64,000 bases of DNA, from positions 31,104 to 95,103 of the forward strand of contig NIVC01003490.1 in the NCBI GenBank assembly GCA_002269645.1. Reading direction: 5' to 3'. Made by a program: the position numbers and the translations under genes. The notes under the pieces are model-generated. The model did not search any database, was not told where the DNA came from, and saw only the letters and a program-made list of their open reading frames with translations. Below are positions 1 to 23,000 of this stretch, in pieces (position 1 is the stretch's first letter; each line of letters starts with the position of its first letter). Source of the stretch: Macrostomum lignano. Lineage: Eukaryota.

Positions 1-269
1 CATTACCTCTCTTTTCTCTTTTCCCTCCCTTGGCCTGCAGTCATACACTTGGTTGTCTATCTGGCCCTTAAGGTAAAAAAGGTTGCCGATACCTGATATA
101 TACGCTCGTACAAAGTATTTTTAAAGCAATATTTAGGAACAAATCAAACGCAAAGATCCATAGATTACATTGAATAAAATAAGCAAAATGTACTTTATTA
201 ATCAAAGTGATTTTTTTATCTGTAGCAATTAGCGAGTGTCGCAGAAAAGTTTCCAAAATTTTCCACTTT

Positions 270-10337
<10,068 letters not shown>

Positions 10338-12529
10338 CTTCTTTTTATGGTCGGCATGAATTTTGTTTGATTTTTAGGTATTTACCACTTGCTACTCCAA
10401 AAAATTATTAAGTAGTAACGTGGGTATCGATGCAATAAGAGAAGTTCATAGTTTTTGGGCCAACCAAGACTTAATATTAGCCCTACCCCTGACTACTCTG
10501 GAAAAGTCCTTAACGGAGTGATATTATCAAGCAGTCCTTTAAAATACGGTTGAAAGCCATGGAATGATCAAGTTATTAAGTAAGTTTAGCTCGAAGAGGG
10601 CTTTCAGTTGCATGGATAATCCAGCCTGACTGATATAAAACAAATTCTTTCTACTCTCGCTCATGGCTTCCTATCTAAAATATGAATGAAGAATGTGATA
10701 AGAATTTAGTTACAGGCTTCAAACGCATTATTTTAAGTGCAATCTAGCTAGCCCAACTGCATCTGCATACAGAAAAGAAAAGTTGGACAAGATTTAGCTT
10801 GTTGAGACAAATGAACATTTTGTTCCTTTGGTGTCAAAAATATTTTAAATACACACATACATATGCTGTTCATTAAAAACTAAGCTACAATAGAAAGTAT
10901 ACGTAGAAGGATTTAAAAATCATCAGGCAGTAAATCTGTATATGGGTGGGACTTGGGTAAAGAGTTCGAAGCTACAACTTTCATGAAAATATAACATCCT
11001 GACATTCCTCAACTGAGAAGTGAGAGTCTACAATATGCTGAAACTTAAACCCGTAATGGACCCAATTTGAAATGAAATGCTTCCTTTTTAAAATATATAT
11101 AATTAATAAATTCTTCAATAAGGCAATAAAGCAAGACATAAAATGGATAATTCTTCTTAAGTAGAGTTGAGAATTAAAATTTTATAAATAAGCGAGTTAA
11201 ATTATCGCAATAATTCTTTCATAGAGACCACTTTTTTAGATTTTTGAAGACTTAAACTTGTAGTTACAGTTAAAATAGTGTATTTTTTACTTTTTTATAT
11301 AAAACAAACCAAATAAAGCATAAAGCAGAAAAAAATTGTTTAACATTTATGTTTAAAAAATGAAACTATAGAGTGTGTGGAACCTGTCGTATTTATTATT
11401 TTTATTTTGTAATGGAATGCATTATTGTGCTTGCAGTTACCTCATTATTAGCGCAATGAGATACGATCAAAAAATGTGAGGTAAATTATTATGACAAGAG
11501 AGTATGCCAAATACCAATTTTAACAGAAAGAGAAGGTCCTTACTTCAGGTCTAGGAATCAAAATCCAAATTTTCACAAAAGTAAGACCTGACCTCGTGAC
11601 CTGACGTTAGATGTTAGCCAGTAAAGCGGGGGATTCAGGCCCTTGACTTAATATAAAATTTAAATTAAATTTTATTTTAGGTACAAACATGTTTTTCAAA
11701 AAGTAGAACTTTAAGTTTAACCTTTATTGATACTTCTAGTTCTAGGGTCTAGACCTAATAATATGCTTCTTGCCTTCTTATTGCTCAATTTTTATTGTTT
11801 CTAAACTTTTTTTGATTCCTAAAATTAAAAAGATTCAATTTACAACCGACTTTATTTCTTAAAATTGTTATTAGCTTCTTTCTGTCTTTTTTATCCTTTC
11901 AAATTATTTCTAGGCCTATTCTAGCTAGCTAGCCTAGCTTAACACAAGGTGCCCGCACCCTCATTTATCTCCTTTATCTCCTTTATTCTCCTTTATTTGG
12001 CAAACCCCTCTTTTATCTCTTTTATAGGCCCCCTATCTTTTATTTGGAAGATTTTTTGGACTTTCTCCTTTATTTAGCCACTTTAGCTCTTAGGATTTTT
12101 AGCACACAATACATAATATTAATATATTATTAGTTTAGGGTCCTTTTAAATTCATTTAAAAAATTCCATTCTATTGATTTGTATTATTTTCCTAGACAAA
12201 GTTATATATAAGAATAATTTGTAAGTTTCAACAAAATTGTTTGTATATATGATTAGGCTTAGGCCTAGTTACTAATTGAACAAACTTTAAAGTATCAACC
12301 ATAGGTTAGCCACAATATCAAATATGTGGAACTGTGAAATTGAAGATATATAAGTTCTTCTCAGGGCTACAAATTGACTAGAAGAATGATGTGATCAAAG
12401 CAATTAGCAAATGGGCCACAAAATGAAACAATCATAAGAATACTATTTCTTACAAACTGGCTTTCAAAGCAAGGATAGGCAGACTTAGATAAATAATCTA
12501 GCTAATGGTTGCAGGGATAGATAAGTGAA

Positions 12530-13500
12530 AAAAAGAATGAATAGACAATAAGAAAAAAGGAGAGGTAAGAGAAAGAAGAGAAAAGATAAATGGAGATAGG
12601 AGGATAAAAAGAAAGAGGGTAGAGAAGAGGGGAATGAGAAGAGAAAGAGAAGTAAGAGGACTATAAAGGGGAAAAAGGAGATAAAAGAGACAAGAAGAGA
12701 GAGGAAAGAGAGGAGAGAGATAAGATAAGAGAAAGAGAAAAGATAAGAAAAAAGAGAGTAAAGAGGAGAAAGAAAAGATTAAAGAAAAAAATAGATCAAA
12801 GAGGAGATATTAAAAAAAGAGATAATAAGGAAAAGAGTTCAGAGAAGAAAGAGGAAGAAAAGAGAAGAAAAGGGCCATAGCCCAGTGGTAGTGTAGCTGC
12901 TCTGGTATGCCAGTGACCCAGGCTCGATTCCAAGTGCAGTCACATTAATTTGGGGCTGAATTAGAATCTCGGCTTAGCTCTGCTCGTGCAATTAATGGCC
13001 TTGAGAGCCAACCCCCCCCCCTACCCCAAGGTGCAATGAAGTGTATATGCCTAACAATAATATAAAGTTATTAGTTATAAAGTCCTATGTGAGTGTGTGC
13101 CTGCATATATATCCGCATGCTTGTATGCCTGCTCAGGGGAGTCAGCAGAATGGGTAGTAATGCCTCTTGCCAGTTGTGTGCCTATGTTGCTTAAATTGTG
13201 CCAGGGTGCATATAACCTTCCTGCCTCTAATAAAAAAAGAACAGAGGGGATAGCAAAGGAAAGAAAAGAGAAAAAGGGAGAGATAAGAGGAAAGATGAGA
13301 GCTAAGAGGAGAGAAAAAAGATAAGAGAGCAAAGAGTAAAGATGAGATAGCAGAGGGGGGAGAGAGAAAAGAGTAGAGAAAAAAAGTGGAGATGAGCAAG
13401 ATAAGAGAAAAGAGAGTAAAGAGTATAGGAAAAAGGGAAGAAAAGAGAAGAGATGAAAGGAGAGAAAGAGAAGAGAAGAGATAGAAGATGAGATAGAAGT
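12530..13500. repeat. Purine-rich (GA/AAAG) low-complexity tracts 12530-12870 and 13235-13500
   Basis: Almost exclusively A/G on the plus strand. Confidence 0.85.
12872..13010 (+). mobile_element. Degenerate tRNA-headed SINE-like fragment
   Basis: GGGCCATAGCCCAGTGGTAG (A-box-like) and GGCTCGATTCC (B-box-like, 12921-12931), followed by a non-tRNA body; no clean cloverleaf. Confidence 0.5.
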
Positions 13501-14480
13501 TTTAAAGGACCCAAGGGACATAGAGAAATGTAGAGGCAAGAGGCCAAAGTTTGCCTATGTATAGGCCTTAGACAGATATTGCTTGTCATTCCATGGCAAC
13601 ATCAACCAAGATGATCAATACACCTCAAATCTTAATTTACCACAAATTTACTCCAATTTTTATTTACCTCTATTCTAACTATTAACAGGATTTTGTTGGA
13701 GTATGACTTCAGATTTAAAATTATTTTTCCAGGGATTGGAACTCAGTAGGTTCAAAATCTGTAGGTTAGAGTAGTTTAAAGTTTAGATGTAACAAATGAG
13801 TGATGTATGTTTAGGTCCATGTTGTTACCTGCAGATTTACCAAATTACCAAATTAAATCTCCTTTATTTTGGCATTAGTCAAATAGTCTCCTTTATTTTA
13901 CTTTTTCAAAATGTGCAAGCACCCTGTAATAATAACATATTATCTTTAAATAAAAATCTTGATTGGCTAAATTCCAACTACAATTATATTATCTTCTGTT
14001 GAATTTCTTATTAAATTAATCAGTAGCTAGGCATAGTTAAAGAGAGTTGGTCATTATGAAGTAAATTATATACTATAATATATAATTATTCTTTTGGATT
14101 TAAGAATGAAGCCTTTTTAATTGGTTTATATATTTTGAAATTTTCATAGGCTATGCATATACTGCTAGCTGACTAGGCTAGGCCTATAAAATTAAAGTTA
14201 TGTTTTTTGTCTTGAATAAAATAGTCCTAACTATATTGTAAGAAACAAAGAATATTCTAGGCCTTATAATATTATATTAATATAGCCTATAAGCTATTAT
14301 AGAAAATTCTTATTAAATAATTGATTCAAGCCTATTTTTAACCAAGAGTTATTATTGAAGATAAACAAGGAAAAAATGAAGAGAAAAATAATTCAAAGAA
14401 ACAAACATGAAATGGACAAACCAAAACATGGCACAAATGCATAAAAAATTGAGTATATAGTTATACAATTAAGTCACTTT

Positions 14481-15649
14481 TGAAGTATTTGGGTTTTGGT
14501 GGTTTCTAGTTTGTCTCGGGTGGCCTAGCCGTAGGTCTTGGAATCCCACCGCTGCCACCAATGAAGTATTTGTCTATTTCGCTTCCCACTCAGGCACTAG
14601 AGCTGCCAACCTTGGGCTCTTGGTAGACTCTCCCAGGAAGCCTCCTAGCAGTTCTTAGTAGCGTTGGTAGTGCTGCCACCAGCTCGCTCGGATCTTGTCC
14701 TTCGGTGAGGGAGACTCCAGGCCAAGCAAAATAAACAAGACACGAGAACTCAGCATGCCGTGCAGATTTGACAGTTCGTACCAGTGCACACCTCGTCAGC
14801 GATCCTGCCGGGCTCAAGTGCGGGGACAAGAAGCTGCGCTAGTTTTTGTTAGTTCTGTCGGGAGTTTCGCACTCATTCACAGGCACACAGTCGAAGATAG
14901 ATCAGAAGTCAAGTAAGTTGGCGGAGGCCTAGCGCAAGCTGCGCTGGACTTTCAAGAGAGCAGTTATCAGAGCGCTAGCAGAGAGAAGGATTAACAGTAG
15001 GGTTGACAGAAAGGTTGCCAAACAGAGGCACAAGAGGCCCATACTTATAGGATAGCAGGTCGATTTCACCATACAGTGAAAGCCTCCCCATTGCGCCAGA
15101 GTACGCAAGGCTGCTCTCACTGCCCCCCAATCTGGTGTGATTCAGTTCTATTTTTAGAAACAGGCGCGGAACCCTCAATTTGAGAGGCAAGGACGCCATT
15201 CCTAATTTAGAGCCTGACACCCAAGATTGCACAAGGGAGCGCAAAAGGACAGCACCTGAGGCATGTGATCCACTTCTGTATGGCCAGACAGAGAGAGTAC
15301 AGCCAGAACTGGCTGGACTCGAGCCAAGAGAACGCAGCCACACAAAAAGGGGGGATGGAGACAGACAAAGAATGAAACAAGGACAGGCTGAGCGGAGAAG
15401 CTCAGACACAGGGAATGCAAATGAACCGGAAAAGGGGGGAACAAGGGGGAATGCAGGCAGACAAAAGGACAATAGGGAAGAAGAGGGAAAGAGAGAGAGG
15501 GAGAGGGAGAGAGGGAGAGCTGAGGCCAGCGGCAGCCAGCAGCTCAGAAGGGCGCAGGGCACAGCTGACAAAGGGGGCACCTAACACTAAACTAGTGCTC
15601 ACTTCACTTTGGTCAAAACCAAGTCATATGGCTAGTGGAATTTCTAACA
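14481..15649 (-). mobile_element. Truncated LTR retrotransposon: putative ~1.09-kb LTR (15649-14562, TGTTAG...TACTTCA) followed by a tRNA-Leu primer-binding site
   Basis: Minus strand reads ...AATACTTCA-T-TGGTGGCAGCGGTGGGATTC. Bases 14541-14560 are complementary to the 3' end of tRNA-Leu(AAG/TAG) including CCA (GAATCCCACCGCTGCCACCA). The block is GC-richer than its AT-rich flanks. No gag/pol follows. The outer LTR boundary is uncertain and no TSD was found. Confidence 0.65.
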
Positions 15650-16123
15650 TTGTATCTATATACTTAAAATAGAATTCAAAGTCTAGCATTCTCTATTTTA
15701 AATTATGCTTGATTAGCAACTAGTCTTAAACCACCAAGGTCCAAAGTCACTGCAATTTAATAGCTTTTTTCATTTAAATTTAAAATTTACTTCGACTTTT
15801 AATTTCAAATAGAAAAATATATATTTAAAACCAAAATATATTATATAGATAGAACCAAAAGTTTAAAGTTCTGTTTGTGGCATAGTGGGATTCAATTTTG
15901 AACTATTATATAAAGAAATCAAAATAATTCAATAAATGCTGCATGATCCAAGTCTATAAAACAGAAACTTTAGTCAAAATCTTCTACTATTATGTATCAT
16001 TTCCTATATTTAAGACAAAAATATATTTGACTTCTGAATTTGCCTAGGTTTTGATGCTTATAAAAATTTTGTTTTTGCACCTTTAGCTTGTAAAATGGTA
16101 CTCAACTATTAATTTAAAAAACC

Positions 16124-19100
16124 ATGATTTCATGGCTAGTCAAACAGCTTTGCATGGAGAATGAAGCAACGGCAGCAACTGTGCCAGTACAGTCTGCTCT
16201 GACCAGTGACTGCTCTAGAGACAAAAGCAGCAGCAGTAGCAGTACCAGCAGCATCATCAACAGTGGCATTACCATGCCATTGGTACATGCATTGGCTGAC
16301 AAGCAATCAGATGTCGACCTGCTAGGCAAGGAGGAGCGCTGTATGCAGTGGTCCTATGCTGAACGATTACGCTGGATGTGGTGCCTGTTCGCTGGCCAGG
16401 CTGCTCTTTTTATCGCCCGCACTGTGACTCCTGTGTGCGCCGTGTCCATCAGCATGGAGCTGTCCTGGAATAAGAAGGAGACCGGGGCCGCTCTTGGCGT
16501 CTTCTTCTGGGGCTACATGGCCACGCAGTTTCTTGGCGGCTATCTGGCTGATACTAAGGTGAAATTTGAAAATTATGTATTTTTTAAGATAGGTAAACGG
16601 CCCGAGTAGCTATGACTATTTAGATGCCAAAGTGCCTCGTCATCTAAACTGCTACTATAACTAGACAAATTAGGTAAACGGCTCGAGTACCTATGACTCT
16701 ATTGTATTTCGATGCTAAAGTGCCTCGTCATCTAAACTGCTACTATAATTAGACAAATTGGGTAAACGGTCCGAGTAACTATGACCCCGTTTCGATGCTA
16801 AAGTGCCTCGTCATCTAAACTGCTACTATAATTAGACAAATTAGGTAAACGGCTCGAGTACCTATGACTCTATTTCGATCCTAAAGTGCCTCGTCATCTA
16901 AACTGCTACTATAATTAGACAAATTGGGTAAACGGTCCGAGTAACTATGACCCCGTTTCGATGCTAAAGTGCCTCGTCATCTAAACTGCTACTATAATTA
17001 GACAAATTAGGTAAACGGCTCGAGTACCTATGACTCTATTTCGATCCTAAAGTGCCTCGTCATCTAAACTGCTACTATAATTAGACAAATTGGGTAAACG
17101 GTCCGAGTAACTATGACCCCGTTTCGATGCTAAAGTGCCTCGTCATCTAAACTGCTACTATAATTAGACAAATTAGGTAAACGGCTCGAGTACCTATGAC
17201 TCTATTTCGATCCTAAAGTGCCTCGTCATCTAAACTGCTACTATAATTAGACAAATTGGGTAAACGGTCCGAGTAACTATGACCCCGTTTCGATGCTAAA
17301 GTGCCTCGTCATCTAAACTGCTACTATAATTAGACAAATTAGGTAAACGGCTCGAGTACCTATGACTCTATTTCGATCCTAAAGTGCCTCGTCATCTAAA
17401 CTGCTACTATAATTAGACAAATTGGGTAAACGGTCCGAGTAACTATGACCCCGTTTCGATGCTAAAGTGCCTCGTCATCTAAACTGCTACTATAATTAGA
17501 CAAATTAGGTAAACGGCTCGAGTACCTATGACTCTATTTCGATCCTAAAGTGCCTCGTCATCTAAACTGCTACTATAATTAGACAAATTGGGTAAACGGT
17601 CCGAGTAACTATGACCCCGTTTCGATGCTAAAGTGCCTCGTCATCTAAACTGCTACTATAATTAGACAAATTAGGTAAACGGCTCGAGTACCTATGACTC
17701 TATTTCGATCCTAAAGTGCCTCGTCATCTAAACTGCTACTATAATTAGACAAATTGGGTAAACGGTCCGAGTAACTATGACCCCGTTTCGATGCTAAAGT
17801 GCCTCGTCATCTAAACTGCTACTATAATTAGACAAATTAGGTAAACGGCTCGAGTACCTATGACTCTATTTCGATCCTAAAGTGCCTCGTCATCTAAACT
17901 GCTACTATAATTAGACAAATTGGGTAAACGGTCCGAGTAACTATGACCCCGTTTCGATGCTAAAGTGCCTCGTCATCTAAACTGCTACTATAATTAGACA
18001 AATTAGGTAAACGGCTCGAGTACCTATGACTCTATTTCGATCCTAAAGTGCCTCGTCATCTAAACTGCTACTATAATTAGACAAATTGGGTAAACGGTCC
18101 GAGTAACTATGACCCCGTTTCGATGCTAAAGTGCCTCGTCACCTTAAAAGTTACGAGTAAAAATTTTGCTACAGGATTTTGAATAAAGAAAATTTTGCTT
18201 ACTCACCGACAGGGTGGCGAGCGTGTCGTGGTGGCGGCCGCCTACGGCTGGGCCGGCGTCACCCTGTTTATCCCGTTCCTGCCGGCCCTGACTGAGAATC
18301 ATCGCACCCTGCTGACAGCCATCTTGGCTGCCCGAGTTGTCCAAGGCGCTTGCCAGGGCTTTCACAATCCGGCCGTTGGCAGTCTGATGTCGCACCGGGT
18401 CGGCTTAAAGGATCGCGGCACTACGTTTGCATTTCAAGCGGCCGGAGCCCACGTTGGGTGAGTGATTGATCTTGGCCAAGAGCCAAGTAAACCCAAGTAT
18501 TTTAAGTATATAGTTCTGTACGCTACGAGCTTTCAAATTCATTAATCTTAACTAGATATTGTATTTATGGCAGTTCTATCTAGACTAACTAAACCGGTAT
18601 TAGGCTGGGTGATAATTATTATCTATAATTGATTACCACACTACATATCGGGACTGAACCTATAGATACGTTTGTTTAATTAAACTCAATTTAAATTTGC
18701 GCCAATATAGAGCTAAAATTGCTAAGCAGCCTTTAAACACTGTAAAAGTACCTTTGCGCTTCCTAAACTACATTGTTCAGCTTGGAAATGTATCTCCTAT
18801 GATTTAAATTGTTGTTTAAACAGTGGGTAATCCCCCATTTTGGCGCGAATTTAAATTGAATTTAAGAAAAATTGATAGAGCATTTAATTGATGGGCACTG
18901 AGAATGCACATGTCTGACACAAGGACCACTGTAGTATAACAGGACAGGACGTAAAGCTCAAAGGTCGTGTGATTTTTGGACGCCAATTTCCTGGAAAAAG
19001 ACACAGCGGAGATCGAAAAAAATCTTTTTTTCATCCCAAAATCAATGACTGCATTTGACCTGGGGCAGTGAAGATTACCGTTCTATTAATTTATCCTGCG

Positions 19101-22100
19101 CAGCATGTTACTATGCTATATTTTATATTTTTATATTGGGGATATAGCCTAGTGGTCAGAGCGTCGGACTCACGACTTGAAGGTCGGGGGTTCGATTTCC
19201 AAAACCACTGAAACAGTTGTGTCCTTAAGCAAGACACTTAGCTCTGCATTGCTGCAGTTCACCCAGCTGTAAAATGGGTGCCAGCATTAGCTGGGGTAAT
19301 TGAGGGTGTGTGGCGACCCCCCAGTCCTTGGACTGAACAGACGTACGCAGCCTTCAGATGCGCCGCGCAATAGCTGCGGCTGAGCTGTCGGTTGCACAAT
19401 GCCATTGGTGAGTATTTATAACTTTGGGCTTATGATTTATACAGAAAATAATATGAAAATGAAACCTTGCCTACACAGCTGTATAAAATACGATAAAGTA
19501 ACGTGCTGTGCATGCTAAATTAAAGGAATGGTAATCTTTGCTGTTTATTTACGATTTCGTATGATCAAAATGCAATAATTGATTGTGATGAAAAAAATGA
19601 TTTTTTCCTATCTACGTAGTGTATTTTTTCAGGAAATTGGCCCAAAAAAATTGCACAATTAACTAACACATTGTCAATAAAATACAAAATCGAATTCACC
19701 GGATTCAACAAATATCTTAATTTGGCTTTTCTGATTTAATGTAAACACGATATATTTTAGTTTATAATTATTAGTACACGCTAATGTCCCATTAGTTTTA
19801 TAGAACTGTTAGATCGTAGATTAGTACAATAACAAAACATAGTTACAGTTATGTATTTTATCGCACCGAATTTCAGCTGAGTTTAACAGACACACTTTAT
19901 TTACGTAAGGAAGATTAGCGTATTGTTTAATCTCTTTGGTTACGGTGAAATTTCGTTATTAATTAACTTGTCTTGCTACCTGGTTGCGGCTGCGTTTGCT
20001 TGAAAAGTAAATTTTATTGCCTGACTTTAATGTGCTTTTCTTTAAGGTTAGGTCACAGAATACTAGAATATACTAGCAATCAGCGCCCCCCGTTGAGGAC
20101 CCAACAAAGAATGAAATACAAATTTTTGAATAAGCTACTTTTAGTTTCTCCTTGCAGTAACCTCAGCCATTCTCCTTGTAAGCCTTTACATCTAAGCAAT
20201 TCCCCCATAAGCCTTGCCATCTAAGAAATTCCTCTCTCCTTACTGCTCTCTCATTGGCTGAACTAGATTGAGCCTGCCCCCTAAGCTGAGTTTCGTCCGT
20301 CTGACTTTAAACTCTCCCCTTACTGCTCTCTCATTGGCTGAGCTAGATTGAGCCTGCCCCCTAAGCTGAGTTTTGTCCGTCTGACTTTAAACTCTCCCCT
20401 TACTGCTCTCTCATTGGCTGAGCTAGGTCCAGATTGGACCTGTCCCATTTTCGCCCTTACAAAGAGAGTAGGCACTACGTGTTTAACAACTATAATTTCC
20501 AGTGAATATCTAGTTATTCTAGTATCTGTGGTTTAGATCTTGAATTCTGAACTCCTAAAGTGGCATGATTTTCATCCAGGTTAAAAATTTGACATCGATT
20601 GCACACGATACTTGCAAGTGATTCATTGTCTTTTTTATCCAAATGTGTTTAGCATTGAGTCATGATAGCTACCATAATTTAGGGGGAGTGTTTTTACTGC
20701 TTTTGGAAATATTTTATTTGCAATTTTCCCGCTGATATGTGTTCAACTAGGCTATTACGATCTTAATCATATTTCATATTACAGACAGTAATAGATAAAG
20801 TGTATTATTAAGGTCAAGGCATGATTTATTCTCTAATACTTTAAATGGACTGCGGCTTTGCATCCCCCACAAGATAAGCATGTTGTGCTCATTTCATAAT
20901 CTATGCATACTACTATTAGTATTACACTACTTCCACCTTTAATAAACTTTCCGCAGCACTTTACTGTGCGGAAGTCTTGGCAGCATAATTCTGGATTTGT
21001 ACGGCTGGCGAATCCCGTTTATCTTGAGTGGTAAGAGATTTTTTATTTGAATTTGTTAGAGCTGCATTCCTGTAACTGAAATTTACTAATGGGAACAGGA
21101 GTAACCGACTAGTGGGTGTGAGGATCAGCACTGTTAAGATGGGGATCAGCACTGTTGGGATGGGGATCAGCACTGTTAGGATGGGGATCAGCACTGTTAA
21201 GATGGGGATCAGCACTGTTAGGATGGGGATCAGCACTGTTGGGATGGGGATCAGCACTGTTAGGATGGGGATCAGCACTGTTGGGATGGGGATCAGCACT
21301 GTTGGGATGGGGATCAGCACTGTTAGGATGGGGATCAGCACTGTTAGGATGGGGATCAGCACTGTTAAGATGGGGATCAGCACTGTTAGGATGGGGATCA
21401 GCACTGTTAGGATGGGGATCAGCACTGTTAAGATGGGGATCAGCACTGTTAGGATGGGGATCAGCACTGTTGGGATGGGGATCAGCACTGTTAGGATGGG
21501 GATCAGCACTGTTAGGATGGGGATCAGCACTGTTAGGATGGGGATCAGCACTGTTGGGATGGGGATCAGCACTGTTAGGATGGGGATCAGCACTGATGGG
21601 ATGGGGATCAGCACTGTTGGGATGGGGATCAGCACTGATGGGATGGGGATCAGCACTGTTGGGATGGGGATCAGCACTGTTAGGATGGGGATCAGCACTG
21701 TTAGGATGGGGATCAGCACTGATGGGATGGGAATCAGCACTGTTGAGTTGACAAAGCTAACGCACGCACTACTCTGTCTTGTCCGCAGGCTGCTTGACCC
21801 TCGTGTGGGCCCTGGCCACGCGCCAGCTCATGCTGATCGATTTGCCCAGTTCCGAGAAGCAGAAGTCGCCCCAGAAGCTGCACCACCACCACCTCCATCA
21901 TCCGCCATCGTCACCCAGCTCGTCAGCAAAAGCGCCAGCGGCAGCCATCGCCGCAATGCGCGACGTGCCCTGGTCCCGGCTGTTCCGCGCACCGCCATTC
22001 TGGGCAATGCTAGTTGGCCACTACGCTCACGGGCACGCCTATTACATCCTGTTGTCCTGGTTGCCAACTTATTTTCACGACACATTCCCCACGGCCAGGT

Positions 22101-22564
22101 CGTGGGTGTTCAACCTGGTGCCCTGGCTGGTCACCGTGCCCTCCGCCCTGATGTCGGGCCTGACAGCCGATGCGTTGATTCGCCGCGGGATCAGCGTGAC
22201 CGCTACTCGCAAAATTATCGTTAGCGTCACCCTGCTTGGCTGCGCCTTCTTCCTGCTGCTCATGCCCTACTGCAGCGGCTATGTGGCCTCCCTATCCTGC
22301 ATGGCTGCCGCTGTCGCTTTCTCCGGCTTTCACAATAGCGGCGTCCAATTAAATCCGACAGATCTGGCGCCAGACTGCGGCGGCGCCGTGTTTGGCATTA
22401 TGAATATGGCCGGCGCTCTGCCTGGCTTTCTTGGCGTCTACCTGGTTGGCTTCTTGCTGGAGTGGACCAAATCCTGGTCGGCTGTGTTCCAGCAGACCGC
22501 TGTGGTGTGCATTGTTGGCTGGCTGGTGTACCTGCTGTTCGGTTCGGGCAGGAGAATCATCTGA
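16124..22564 (+). CDS. SLC17A9: Vesicular nucleotide transporter (MFS, SLC17 family), 4 exons, ~509 aa
   Basis: Exons 16124-16558, 18213-18457, 20957-21030, 21789-22564; GT-AG, phases 0/2/1 consistent, total 1530 nt. Motifs match recalled SLC17A9: QWSYAE, WNKKETGAALGVFFWGY..TQFLGGYLAD, GGERV, VPWSRLFRAPPFWA, YILLSWLPTYFHDTFP, WVFNLVPWLV, DLAPDCGGAVFGIMN. The start could be a downstream ATG (16133 or 16154). Confidence 0.92.
16590..18140. repeat. 83-bp minisatellite with strictly alternating A/B variants (166-bp dimer), SLC17A9 intron 1
   Basis: A-unit starts at 16842, 17008, 17174 (period 166). A and B share a 43-bp constant part TAAAGTGCCTCGTCATCTAAACTGCTACTATAATTAGACAAAT. Confidence 0.96.
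19138..19410 (+). mobile_element. tRNA-derived SINE with CORE-like central domain, SLC17A9 intron 2
   Basis: A-box-like TAGCCTAGTGGTCAGAGCG, B-box-like GGTTCGATTTCC, then GTGTCCTTAAGCAAGACACTTAGCTC...CAGCTGTAAAATGGG, resembling the CORE/MIR consensus GGCAAGTCACTTAACC...CTGTAAAATGGG. Confidence 0.75.
20225..20430. repeat. ~79-bp tandem duplication (~2.5 copies), SLC17A9 intron 2
   Basis: CCTTACTGCTCTCTCATTGGCTGA(A/G)CTAG occurs three times at about 79-bp spacing. Confidence 0.85.
21118..21742. repeat. 21-bp tandem repeat (ATGGGGATCAGCACTGTTAGG), SLC17A9 intron 3
   Basis: About 29 copies. Confidence 0.96.
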
Positions 22565-22654
22565 TTTGCGATTCGTATCTTACTGGCTTTTACACACTGA
22601 TTTCTAGTTTACAGCTGCGGTGCATGCTTGAATTGGCCAAGCAAATATCTGCCG

Positions 22655-23000
22655 CCCGCCTTAGTCTCCGCCCATCTAAACAGCAGCCCGCCAGAATCTC
22701 CCCCCCATCTAAACAGCAGCCCGTCATAATCTCCCCCCATCTAAACAGCAGCCCGTCATAATCTCCCCCCCCCCCATCTAAACAGCAGCCCGCCAGAATC
22801 TCCCCCCCCCATCTAAACAGCAGCCCGCCAGAATCTCCCCCCATCTAAACAGCAGCCCGCCAGAATCTCCCCCCATCTAAACAGCAGCCCGTCATAATCT
22901 CCCCCCCATCTAAACAGCAGCCCGCCATAATCTCCCCCCCATCTAAACAGCAGCCCGCCATAATATCCCCCCATCTAAACAGCAGCCCGCCAGAATCTCC
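22655..23000. repeat. ~31-bp tandem repeat (CCCCCATCTAAACAGCAGCCCGCCAGAATCT) downstream of the SLC17A9 stop
   Basis: About 10 copies with a variable C-run. Confidence 0.92.

Noticed and set aside
12872-12945. Functional tRNA gene (also 19138-19205)
   Set aside because: A/B boxes are present but the acceptor stem does not pair and the sequence continues into a SINE-like body.
15180-15584. ORF as retroviral gag or a host gene
   Set aside because: No recognisable motif; lies inside the putative LTR and reflects a purine-rich tract.
16590-18140. CRISPR array
   Set aside because: Only two alternating 'spacers' that are similar to each other, inside a eukaryotic intron, with no cas genes; it is a dimeric minisatellite.
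20961-21751. Repetitive ORFs (LIPILTV / GISTVRM / GWGSALL repeats)
   Set aside because: Products of the 21-bp intronic repeat of SLC17A9.
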